Positions 39,897 to 47,673 of a stretch of DNA of 64,000 nt are shown here, one piece after another; position 1 is the first letter of the stretch, and every line of letters begins with the position of its first letter. Below the pieces are notes generated by a model. That model saw only the letters and a list, made by a program, of their open reading frames with translations, was not told the origin of the DNA and did not search any database. Position numbers and translations under genes: made by a program. Source of the stretch: Prevotella sp. GTDB lineage: Bacteria > Bacteroidota > Bacteroidia > Bacteroidales > Bacteroidaceae. The stretch spans positions 22,696 through 86,695 of the forward strand of contig JAFPTC010000145.1 of the NCBI GenBank assembly GCA_017400455.1, given 5' to 3'.

Positions 39897-41420
39897 ATGA
39901 AAAAGTATTTGATGATGGGAGCAGCAGCCCTTACAATGGGTTTCGCCTTTGTCAGCTGCTCCAGTGATGATGACATCTACAATTCGAAAGCTAAGTCGGA
40001 ACAGCTCGCTAAAAACTATGCCGAGGCTTTCGTCCAGCAGTTCGGACAGCCTGCTGCCAACCAGACTTGGGGATTCGGCCAGGCTGCAAAGTCTCGTCAG
40101 ACACGTGCCGAAGGAGATGCATTTTGTGACACAGATGGCAAATTCTGGTTTGATAAATACACAAATTTGCTGCCTGTTCCTGCCCCAATTACAGAGGAGG
40201 AACGTGCTGCCGTATATGCGGAGTTTAGCAAGGTGCATAATGACCTTGGTGAAACCATTGACTGGAGTGACTATTATGTTCAGCAAGTTTGGTCGAGTAA
40301 GAATGACCCTGCAAACACTTATACATCCTTCCATGGGCAGAATGGAGGAAATGAAGTTCAGCAAAAAGCAGCTTCTAGCCATATGGATATGTTGCTGTGC
40401 GGTTTGAGCGACACTCATTCCAATAATTTCAATGCTAATGGCACAAGTCCAATTGAAGTATGGAATGGTAAAGATTATCGTAGTGACAACCAAAAGGCTA
40501 CCTACTATGATTCTATTCAGCTTATTCGCAATTGCGATACCAAGCGTTTTGGTTATCATAACAGCTTGGATAGCAAGGATCACTACGAATACATCATTCT
40601 GAAAGTAAATGGTTCTTATTATGTAGGATTTGATTTCTGTGCTTCTTATTCTTTCAATACTCGCACTGCTGATGGTGGCTTCGTTAAAGAAAGATATGAC
40701 CAGGATCCTGGTGAAGAGTTCGATACCAACTTTAATGGCTACACATTACGTAGCAATGATGAAGTAGTGTATAATAGTGATGGAACTATTAAGGGTTATA
40801 AGGGTGGTGACAAAGACATTCACCGTGACCACAAATACAATGATTGGATTGTAAAGATTAGCCCAGCAAAGCAGGTAACCGAGCCCGTTGACGAGGTAAA
40901 GGAGCAAGGTCGTATCTTCTGCGAGGACCTGGGTACCATTGGCGACTTCGACTTCAACGACGTTGTGTTCGACGCTAAACTCTATAAGAGCGGTAAGATT
41001 GAGATTGACGTGCTCGCCGCTGGTGGCACACTGCCCATCGCTGTTGCTGGAGAGAACATCAAGATTGGCCAGATGTCTAACACTGGTGTGAACAACGGTC
41101 GTCCCACGCAGCACATCAGCATCAGTGCCGAGGAAGCTGCTAAGAATCGTTGGACTTCTTTGATTTCAATTCCTATCGTTGTAACCCGTGATATTACGGA
41201 TGCTGTTGATGGATCTGTTGAATTGACCGCTGAGCGGGGCAAAGCTCCTCAGAAGATTTGCGTTCCCCTAACAACCGATTGGGTTGATGAGTATGTGAAC
41301 ATTAACACGGCTTATCCTGACTTTGCAAAATGGGTGAAAGAACAAGTGACTCGTGAGAATTGCTTCGCTAATAAAGTTCTCAAATATGTAGACCTCGATT
41401 TGCAGAATAATAACGATTAA
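39897..41420 (+). CDS. Surface lipoprotein with DUF4842/LruC-like C-terminal domain
   Basis: Lipobox FVSC; RIFCEDLGTIGDFDFNDVVFD...LAAGGTLP; WVDEYVNINTAYPDF; lower GC than flanks. Confidence 0.75.
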   Translation: MKKYLMMGAAALTMGFAFVSCSSDDDIYNSKAKSEQLAKNYAEAFVQQFGQPAANQTWGFGQAAKSRQTRAEGDAFCDTDGKFWFDKYTNLLPVPAPITEEERAAVYAEFSKVHNDLGETIDWSDYYVQQVWSSKNDPANTYTSFHGQNGGNEVQQKAASSHMDMLLCGLSDTHSNNFNANGTSPIEVWNGKDYRSDNQKATYYDSIQLIRNCDTKRFGYHNSLDSKDHYEYIILKVNGSYYVGFDFCASYSFNTRTADGGFVKERYDQDPGEEFDTNFNGYTLRSNDEVVYNSDGTIKGYKGGDKDIHRDHKYNDWIVKISPAKQVTEPVDEVKEQGRIFCEDLGTIGDFDFNDVVFDAKLYKSGKIEIDVLAAGGTLPIAVAGENIKIGQMSNTGVNNGRPTQHISISAEEAAKNRWTSLISIPIVVTRDITDAVDGSVELTAERGKAPQKICVPLTTDWVDEYVNINTAYPDFAKWVKEQVTRENCFANKVLKYVDLDLQNNND

Positions 41421-41778
41421 TCTGAAACATCAAATACTCATATAATTTTAGCCGAGGGGGCGTCCATGCGAATGGGCGCCCCTTCAGCATGCAGACTGCT
41501 CACAGGAAAAGAAAGATTGTTGTCCAAAGTTGTCCTAAGTTGTCGTTTATAATAAAGAAGACAACTGGGGACAACTTGAAACAACTAATTAACAATGAAG
41601 AGGCGCCCCTTCAGCATGCAGACTGCTCACAGGAAAAGAAAGATTGTTGTTCTAAGTTGTCCTAAGTTGTCGTTTAAAATATAGAAGACAACTGGGGACA
41701 ACTGCACAAAATCCAATGATTTGTTTGGAGGAACGAAAAAAAGTGATTATCTTTGCAACGTGATACACTAAGCGGCGA

Positions 41779-42072
41779 ATGAAAAAGACAAGCGTCATCA
41801 AACGCCTACAAGCACTAAAGCCTCGACTTCGCGAAGTGGGAGTGCTACAACTGGGGCTTTTCGGTTCCACTGTCCGTGGAGAGAATTCCAAGGACAGCGA
41901 TATAGACGTTCTGCTCGATTTCCAGCAGGGAAAGGAGACCTACATGAACTTTATTTTTGCCTGCTCCCTACTGGAAGACTGTTTCAAGCACACGAAAGTT
42001 GATGTGGTGACCAAGAACGGCCTGAGTCCCTATATTGGCAAATCCATCTTGGAGGAAGTTGAGTATGTATAA
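41779..42072 (+). CDS. Minimal nucleotidyltransferase (MNT) antitoxin
   Basis: GLFGSTVRGENSKDSDIDVL (GSx10DxD), KVDVVT; 97 aa. Confidence 0.88.
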   Translation: MKKTSVIKRLQALKPRLREVGVLQLGLFGSTVRGENSKDSDIDVLLDFQQGKETYMNFIFACSLLEDCFKHTKVDVVTKNGLSPYIGKSILEEVEYV

Positions 42073-42105
42073 ATCTTACGTTCCTTATTTGCACCACATT
42101 CGTCA
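42065..42105 (+). pseudogene. 5' remnant of a HEPN (DUF86-like) toxin
   Basis: ATG overlapping the MNT end; MYKSYVPYLHHIR resembles HEPN N-termini, then runs into repeat R3. Confidence 0.55.
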
Positions 42106-42270
42106 AACAAAAAGATTGTTGTTCAAAGTTGTCCTAAGTTGTCGTTTAAAAAGAAGAAGACAACCGGGGACAACTTTGGACAACTACACAAAATGCAATG
42201 ATTTGTTTGGCGGAACGAAAAAAAGTGATTATCTTTGCAACGTGAATACGAAGAAGAAAGGGAAATAATT

Positions 42271-42384
42271 ATGGATGCAAACATGACGGCAGCAATTATG
42301 CTATTAACTGTCCTTGCAATAGCAATAGTAGGTCATATCTACTTTAAGATACAGGACAAGCATACTGTAGAAACAGACAATTAA
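42271..42384 (+). CDS. 37-aa single-TM small protein
   Basis: Manual translation MDANMTAAIMLLTVLAIAIVGHIYFKIQDKHTVETDN; between the R3 promoter and the R4 hairpin. Confidence 0.6.
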   Translation: MDANMTAAIMLLTVLAIAIVGHIYFKIQDKHTVETDN

Positions 42385-42641
42385 TTTACACATAGAAGGG
42401 GGCGTCCATGCGAATGGCCGTCCCCTTCATCATGCAGACTGCTCACAGGAAAAGAAAGATTGTTGTTCAAAGTTGTCCTAAGTTGTCGTTTAAAATATAG
42501 AAGGCAACAGGGGACAACTTTGGACAACTACATAAAATCCAATGATTTGTTTGGAGGAACGAAAAAAAGTGATTATCTTTGCAACGTAATAAAGCGAAAA
42601 AAAGCTGACGGCGTGCCGAAGAAACAGTTAATAAAAAAGTT

Positions 42642-42911
42642 ATGGCGACAATTACATTGAATCGTGCATTGTACACGCAGATACAGAACTACGCTAAGGA
42701 AGACAACCTGAGCGTGGATGAGTGGGTGACCATGCTCATTAAAAAGTTTGTGCCAGCAAAGAAAAAGGGCTATAGGATGAAAAGGATTGAGGAGCTTTCG
42801 CCAGAACTGCAAGCTATAATTGGCTTTGCGAAGCCTAATGTCACCAATGACGATGACATGAACGGCGACAAGGCAAGAATGGATTATCTGACAGAGAAGT
42901 ATGCCCAATGA
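42642..42911 (+). CDS. Putative type II antitoxin (ribbon-helix-helix-like)
   Basis: 89 aa, MATITLN...YAKEDNLSVDEWV, ends MDYLTEKY; ATGA overlap with the PIN gene. Confidence 0.65.
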   Translation: MATITLNRALYTQIQNYAKEDNLSVDEWVTMLIKKFVPAKKKGYRMKRIEELSPELQAIIGFAKPNVTNDDDMNGDKARMDYLTEKYAQ

Positions 42912-43051
42912 TGCGCGTTTTTGTTGATACGAATATCTTGCTCGACATCATTGAAGGGCGGCAAAAGTTTCTCTTGGCCTCGTCGAATGTTTTCGATTTA
43001 GGCATTACCGGGCAGATACAATATGTCAGGACACGGAACTTTAGCAATTAA
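42908..43051 (+). pseudogene. Truncated PIN/VapC toxin
   Basis: MMRVFVDTNILLDII (PIN start motif) but only 47 codons; stop abuts repeat R5. Confidence 0.75.
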
Positions 43052-43185
43052 CACTGAAGAGACGCCCCTTCAGCATTTAGAACGCTAACAAGAAAAGAAA
43101 GATTGTTGTTCAAAGTTGTCCTAAGTTGTCGTTAAAATATAGAAGACAACAGGGGACAACTTTGGACAACTACACAAAATCCAAT

Positions 43186-43576
43186 GATAGGTATAGGCGT
43201 TTAGGCCACACTTTTGTGTAACACGATACTCCCATCACTTTTTCAACACAGAGACACAGAGGACACTGAGGGAATCACATAGATACAAGACTCCGAGTGT
43301 GACAGAGCGTCCTAAAGGTCTTCACAGAGAGCTACCGCTGTGTTTTGACGGGCGAAGCCTCTGTGCAAGGCCTTTAGGCTCTCTTGTAGTCTCTGCGACT
43401 GGCTATACATCCTCTGTGTCCTCTGCGTCTCTGTGTTGAAAAAATTACCGCCTCAACATACCCAAGGCGTTGCCCTGGGTTGGTCGTTTTTGCCCCCTGC
43501 GCTCAGTGGTAACTTTTCACGTTGCAAACATAGTAACTTTCAGGGCGTGAGTGCGGTCTAAACGCCTATACCTATC
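43186..43576. mobile_element. Non-autonomous ~390-bp element with 27-bp terminal inverted repeats and an internal ~205-bp hairpin
   Basis: GATAGGTATAGGCGTTTAGGCCACACT / AGTGCGGTCTAAACGCCTATACCTATC (25/27); interrupts repeat R5. Confidence 0.7.
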
Positions 43577-43581
43577 TAATG

Positions 43582-43787
43582 GTAACTACTCAGTCATGCT
43601 GACCACCAGAAGAAATATAAGGACAAAAATCTTCAAAAATCTAACATAAATCTCTTTTGATGTCATATTTTTGTAGATTTTGTGCCATTGGCACACCTGC
43701 AAATCTTCAAAAATAGATAATCGCGCAGCTAATTTTGAAAGATTTTTGGAGATTTTTGTCTAATGCAACACATGACTGAGTAGTTAC
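43582..43787. mobile_element. IS66-type MITE, copy 2 (inverted relative to copy 1)
   Basis: Same 17-bp TIR; ATCCAATG at 43788-95 duplicates 43179-86. Confidence 0.88.
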
Positions 43788-43823
43788 ATCCAATGATTTG
43801 TTTGGCGGAACGGAATAACACTG

Positions 43824-44735
43824 TTAGCGCTCGAAGCTGGCTTGCGGCCGGATGTTGCGGGGATGGTGTTGCAACACCTCGCGGCGCAGCGTCTGCATGC
43901 TGATGTGAGTGTAAATCTCGGTGGTGCCAATAGACTCGTGGCCCAGCAGAGCCTGGATGACGCGCAGGTCGGCGCCACCTTCGAGCAGGGCGGTGGCGAA
44001 GGAGTGGCGCAGGGTGTGGGGCGAGATGGTCTTGGTGATGCCGGCCTCCTGCGCCTGACGCTTGAGCATGATGAGGATCATGGTGCGCGTGAGGTGGGCG
44101 CCGCGCCGGTTGAGGAAGACATAGTCCTCCTCACCGGGCTTGATCTTCAGCTGCTGACGCCAAGGCAGGTAGTTGTCAATCTCATGCAGGGCGCGGTCGC
44201 TGATGGGCACGAGACGCTCCTTCGACCCCTTTCCCACGATGCGCAGGTATTTCTCGTCGGCATAGAGCTGGCTCCAGCGCAGGCTGACCAGCTCGCTGAC
44301 ACGTAGCCCGCAGGAGAAGAGCACCTCGATGATGGCGCGGTTGCGATGGCCCTCGGGCACGCTCAGGTCGATGGAGTCCTCCAGCTGGTCCACCTCCTGC
44401 GGGGTGAGGAACTCAGGCAGATGCTCGCCCAGCACGGGACTCTCAAGCAGCTCGGTGGGGTCCTGGTCGAGATAGCCGTCCTGCACCATGAAGCGATAGA
44501 GCGAGCGCACGCCGCTGAGGATGCGGCACTGCGAGCGCGGCCCGATGCCGATGTCGTGCAGTCCGGCGGCAAAGGTCTGCAGGTCGGATAGCTCGACTTG
44601 GGTGAGCGTCTTGCCCTCGCCGTTGAGATAGGTAATCAGCTTCTCCACGTCGCGCCGGTAGGCCTCGATGGTGTTGGGCGACATGGAGCGCTGCAGCTTC
44701 AGGTAGCGCAGGTAGCGTGGGAGGATGTCTTGCAT
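43824..44735 (-). CDS. xerD: Tyrosine recombinase XerD
   Basis: SCGLRVSEL, GKGSKERLVP, HTLRHSFATALLEGGADLRVIQALLGHESIGTTEIYTH; start reassigned to MQDIL. Confidence 0.85.
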   Translation of the reverse strand: MQDILPRYLRYLKLQRSMSPNTIEAYRRDVEKLITYLNGEGKTLTQVELSDLQTFAAGLHDIGIGPRSQCRILSGVRSLYRFMVQDGYLDQDPTELLESPVLGEHLPEFLTPQEVDQLEDSIDLSVPEGHRNRAIIEVLFSCGLRVSELVSLRWSQLYADEKYLRIVGKGSKERLVPISDRALHEIDNYLPWRQQLKIKPGEEDYVFLNRRGAHLTRTMILIMLKRQAQEAGITKTISPHTLRHSFATALLEGGADLRVIQALLGHESIGTTEIYTHISMQTLRREVLQHHPRNIRPQASFER

Positions 44736-44748
44736 CTGGCTTGGGGTG

Positions 44749-45918
44749 TTAAAGATGAGGAAGGGCATCAGCTATGCGCTGCAGGCCCTCCATGAGCTGG
44801 CTGCGCGGACAGGCGATGTTCAGTCGCAGGTAGCCCTGTCCGCTCTGCGGGCCGTACATGGTGCCAGGGTTCACCCACACGTGGGCCTTGTCGAGCAGGC
44901 GGTCGGCGAGCTGGTCGACGGGCATGCCCATGGCCGAGACATCGACCCAGGGCAGGTAGGTGCCTTCCAAGCGGCACACGCGCCACTGAGGCAGGTGAGC
45001 TTCAGCAAACGCACAGAGCGCACGGTAGTTTTCCCAAAGATACTGGCAGAGCTGGTCGAGCCACTCCTCGCTCTCGTTATAGGCAGCTTGAAGGGCGACG
45101 ATGCCGAAGGGGTTGACGTCGCACACCTCGTTGATGTTGATGGCGCGGTCTATGCGGCGGCGCCAGGCAGGGTCGGAGCAGATGATGTTGGCAATCTGCA
45201 GGCCGGCGGTGTTGAAGTTCTTCGACGGCGAGTTCATCACCACACAGCGGTCGGTGATGGTGCCGAAGGGCACAAAGCACTGGCCGGGCATGGTCAGCTC
45301 GCAGTGGATCTCGTCGCTGACAACGGTGACGTCGTGGCGCTGGCAGATGTCATACATCTGCTGCAGCTCCTGGCGCGTCCACACGCGGCCACAGGGGTTG
45401 TGGGGGTTGCAGAGCAGGAAGAGGGTGGTCTTCTCGTCGGCGCACTTTGCCTCGAAGTCCTGCCAGTCGACGGTGAAGGAGTCCTGGTTGTTGCGTTGGC
45501 AACGCAACAAACTCGACTCCAGCACCTCGCAGCCGTTGTTGCGGATGCTGCTGAAGAAGCAGTTATAGGCCGGCGAGAGGATGAGCACCTTCTCGCCCGG
45601 CATGGTGAGGGCCTTGATGACGCACGACATGGCGGGCACCACGGCGGTGGTGTAGAGAATAGCGTCGCGACGTATCTCCCACTGATGGCGGCGGCGGAAC
45701 CAGCCAATGACGGCCTCGTAATAGCTCTCGGGCACGATGTTATAGCCAAAGACACCATGGGCCACACGCTCTTCCAAAGCACGCTGAATGGCGGGGGCCA
45801 CACGGAAGTCCATATCGGCCACCCAGAGGGGAATGACATCATCGTAGGGACACTCGTCCCACTTCACACAGTTGGTGCCGCGACGGCAGACCTGTTCATC
45901 AAAAATACTTTTTTCCAT
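44749..45918 (-). CDS. PatB/MalY-type PLP-dependent cystathionine beta-lyase
   Basis: PLWVADMDF, LCNPHNPCGRVW, SDEIH, SPSKNFNTAGL. Confidence 0.92.
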   Translation of the reverse strand: MEKSIFDEQVCRRGTNCVKWDECPYDDVIPLWVADMDFRVAPAIQRALEERVAHGVFGYNIVPESYYEAVIGWFRRRHQWEIRRDAILYTTAVVPAMSCVIKALTMPGEKVLILSPAYNCFFSSIRNNGCEVLESSLLRCQRNNQDSFTVDWQDFEAKCADEKTTLFLLCNPHNPCGRVWTRQELQQMYDICQRHDVTVVSDEIHCELTMPGQCFVPFGTITDRCVVMNSPSKNFNTAGLQIANIICSDPAWRRRIDRAININEVCDVNPFGIVALQAAYNESEEWLDQLCQYLWENYRALCAFAEAHLPQWRVCRLEGTYLPWVDVSAMGMPVDQLADRLLDKAHVWVNPGTMYGPQSGQGYLRLNIACPRSQLMEGLQRIADALPHL

Positions 45919-45946
45919 ATCTTTTTTTTGACATCAAATACTTTTG

Positions 45947-46106
45947 GACATCAAGACATCAAGAGGAGAGGACATCAAGACAACAAGACGAAATGACATC
46001 AAGACAATAAGACATCAAGACAATAAGACAACAAGACGGCAAGGCGAGAAGACGGCAAGACGAGAAGACGGGATGGGGAGAAGACGGGATGGGGAGAAGA
46101 TGGATG
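45947..46106. repeat. 8-mer array (GACATCAA family, about 20 in-register units)
   Basis: GACATCAA/GACAATAA/GACAACAA drifting to GACGGCAA/GACGAGAA/GACGGGAT while keeping the 8-bp register. Confidence 0.9.
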
Positions 46107-46119
46107 GACTGCATAGGGA

Positions 46120-46527
46120 TTAGAGGGATTGGCGGGAAAGTTTGATGCGGTCATACAGGCGGAACTTACGCTGAATCTGGATGCGGTCGGCACCGAAGTT
46201 AATCAGGAGACCGTCATCAATGCCAGTGGCTGTGAGGTAGTTAACCAGCTGCACTTCGTGCATGGTTGTCAGGGCGGCGATGGCCTTCAGCTCCACGATG
46301 ACGCGGTCTTCCACTATCATGTCGGCACGATAGTTGCCCACTTCCCGTCCTTTGTACATCACCTTCAAGGGAATCTCAGTCTGAACAGAGAGCCCACGGT
46401 CCTTCAGTTCCAAGAACATCGCGTTCTTATAGACATTCTCCTCAAACCCTGGGGTCAGCTGACTGCGCACCTCCTTTGCACAATCCTTTATCTCCTCTAT
46501 CAGCGCCTCTATTCCCATCTTATCCAT
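46120..46527 (-). CDS. GxxExxY protein (PD-(D/E)XK nuclease-like)
   Basis: PGFEENVY; YRADMIVEDRVIVELKA; HEVQLVNYL; GLLINFG. Confidence 0.92.
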   Translation of the reverse strand: MDKMGIEALIEEIKDCAKEVRSQLTPGFEENVYKNAMFLELKDRGLSVQTEIPLKVMYKGREVGNYRADMIVEDRVIVELKAIAALTTMHEVQLVNYLTATGIDDGLLINFGADRIQIQRKFRLYDRIKLSRQSL

Positions 46528-46551
46528 AAACTCATATTTTATTATTATGTC

Positions 46552-46655
46552 TTATTGTCTTGATGTCTTGTTGTTTTGTTGTCTTGATGTCTTATTGTCT
46601 TGTTATCTTGATGTCTTGTTGTCTTGATGTCCTACCATCTTGATGTCTCAATGTC
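46552..46655. repeat. 8-mer array (TTGATGTC family, 13 units), reverse complement of the 45947 array
   Basis: Units counted in register from 46552; last unit holds the DUF3737 stop codon. Confidence 0.9.
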
Positions 46656-47493
46656 TAACCTCAATCACGCAGTTGTTTGGCTGTCTCACATTCTCATCGA
46701 TGGTGATGCTGCCTATCGAGTCGGCCACGATATGTCCGCTGGTGGGGTTCTTGATGTTTTCGATGTGGCCACGGATGTCGGCCTCCACGGTGCTGTACTC
46801 GAAGACGCGGTCGCAGAGGCGGTCGAAGGTGCAGTTCTCCAGCACCAGGTTGTCGGTGTAGCAGAGCAGCTGCTCACCGGCCAGATGGCAGTTCACCAGC
46901 CGCACGTTCTTCGAGTGCCAGGCCAGGTACTCGCCGTCGAGCACAGAGTCGTAGACGGTGACGTTCTCGCACTCCCAGAAGGAGTCCTTGGTGAGGATCT
47001 TGGCGTTGTGCACCTCCACGTCCCGACAATACTGGAAGACATACTTCGAGTCGCTCTCCAGTCCGTCGACATAGATATTGCGCGAGAACATGAAGGGATA
47101 GGTGCCGCCATGGAGCTTCACATTCTTCAGGCGGAGGCCGTCCACGCGCCAGAAGGTCTCGTCGGCATCGGTTATCTGCACGTTCTCCAGCTCCACGTTC
47201 TTCATCTCGCGGAAGAACTTCGGTGCGTCAATGCGCGTGTTGGTCATCTTCAGGTCGTTGGTGTACCAGATGGCCGAGCGTGAGCCCAGTGCGAAGTAGC
47301 AGTTGTTGATGCGGGCGCCATCGACATGCCACCAGGGATACTTGCCGTAGAACTTACAGTCCTCGGCCTCCATGTTCTGGCACTGCTTGATGCCGCTCTC
47401 GCCGTCATCGATAGTAATGTTCTCCAATCGGAGATCGTGGGTAGCGAACAGTGGTCGTTCGCCCCCGAAATGTTTATCCTTAATAATTTCCAT
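46648..47493 (-). CDS. DUF3737-family beta-helix protein
   Basis: FGGERPLF, GESGIK, GKYPWWH, SKYVFQY, GEYLAW. Confidence 0.85.
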   Translation of the reverse strand: MEIIKDKHFGGERPLFATHDLRLENITIDDGESGIKQCQNMEAEDCKFYGKYPWWHVDGARINNCYFALGSRSAIWYTNDLKMTNTRIDAPKFFREMKNVELENVQITDADETFWRVDGLRLKNVKLHGGTYPFMFSRNIYVDGLESDSKYVFQYCRDVEVHNAKILTKDSFWECENVTVYDSVLDGEYLAWHSKNVRLVNCHLAGEQLLCYTDNLVLENCTFDRLCDRVFEYSTVEADIRGHIENIKNPTSGHIVADSIGSITIDENVRQPNNCVIEVRH

Positions 47494-47673
47494 CGTAAAA
47501 AAATAAAATAGCTATTTTGGGCTGCAAAGTTAAGCAAATTCCAACGATTCGAGGACTTGGGCATGTTAATTAAACAAAAAGGCGCAAGGCTGACGGCTTC
47601 TTTTTGTTACAGAACTTGCTCGTTTAAGGAAAAACGACTAACTTTGCAGCAAACTTACTAAAACCATGACAAG

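Larger units (their letters stand above)
41454..43815 (+). repeat. Array of five direct ~130-190 bp repeats (R1-R5) separating small gene cassettes
   Basis: Core AAAGATTGTTGT(T/C)C(A/T)AAGTTGTCCTAAGTTGTCGTT...GAAGACAAC..GGGACAACT at R1 ~41454-41586, R2 ~41587-41762, R3 ~42106-42244, R4 ~42395-42587, R5 ~43046-43186 resuming at 43788. Confidence 0.92.

Noticed and set aside
39150-43787. Composite transposon bounded by MITE copies 1 and 2
   Set aside because: Each copy has its own different 8-bp TSD, indicating independent insertions; no shared outer duplication
41454-44735. Canonical integron (intI + attC array)
   Set aside because: The recombinase looks like ordinary XerD with no visible IntI-specific insertion, the array lies at its 3' end, and the hairpins lack the RYYYAAC...GTTRRRY arrangement
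45999-46193. Small ORFs over repeats (45999-46193, 42460-42660, 39532-39723, 58435-58707, 59879-60169)
   Set aside because: Chance translations of repeat DNA, giving near-identical peptides at each repeat copy
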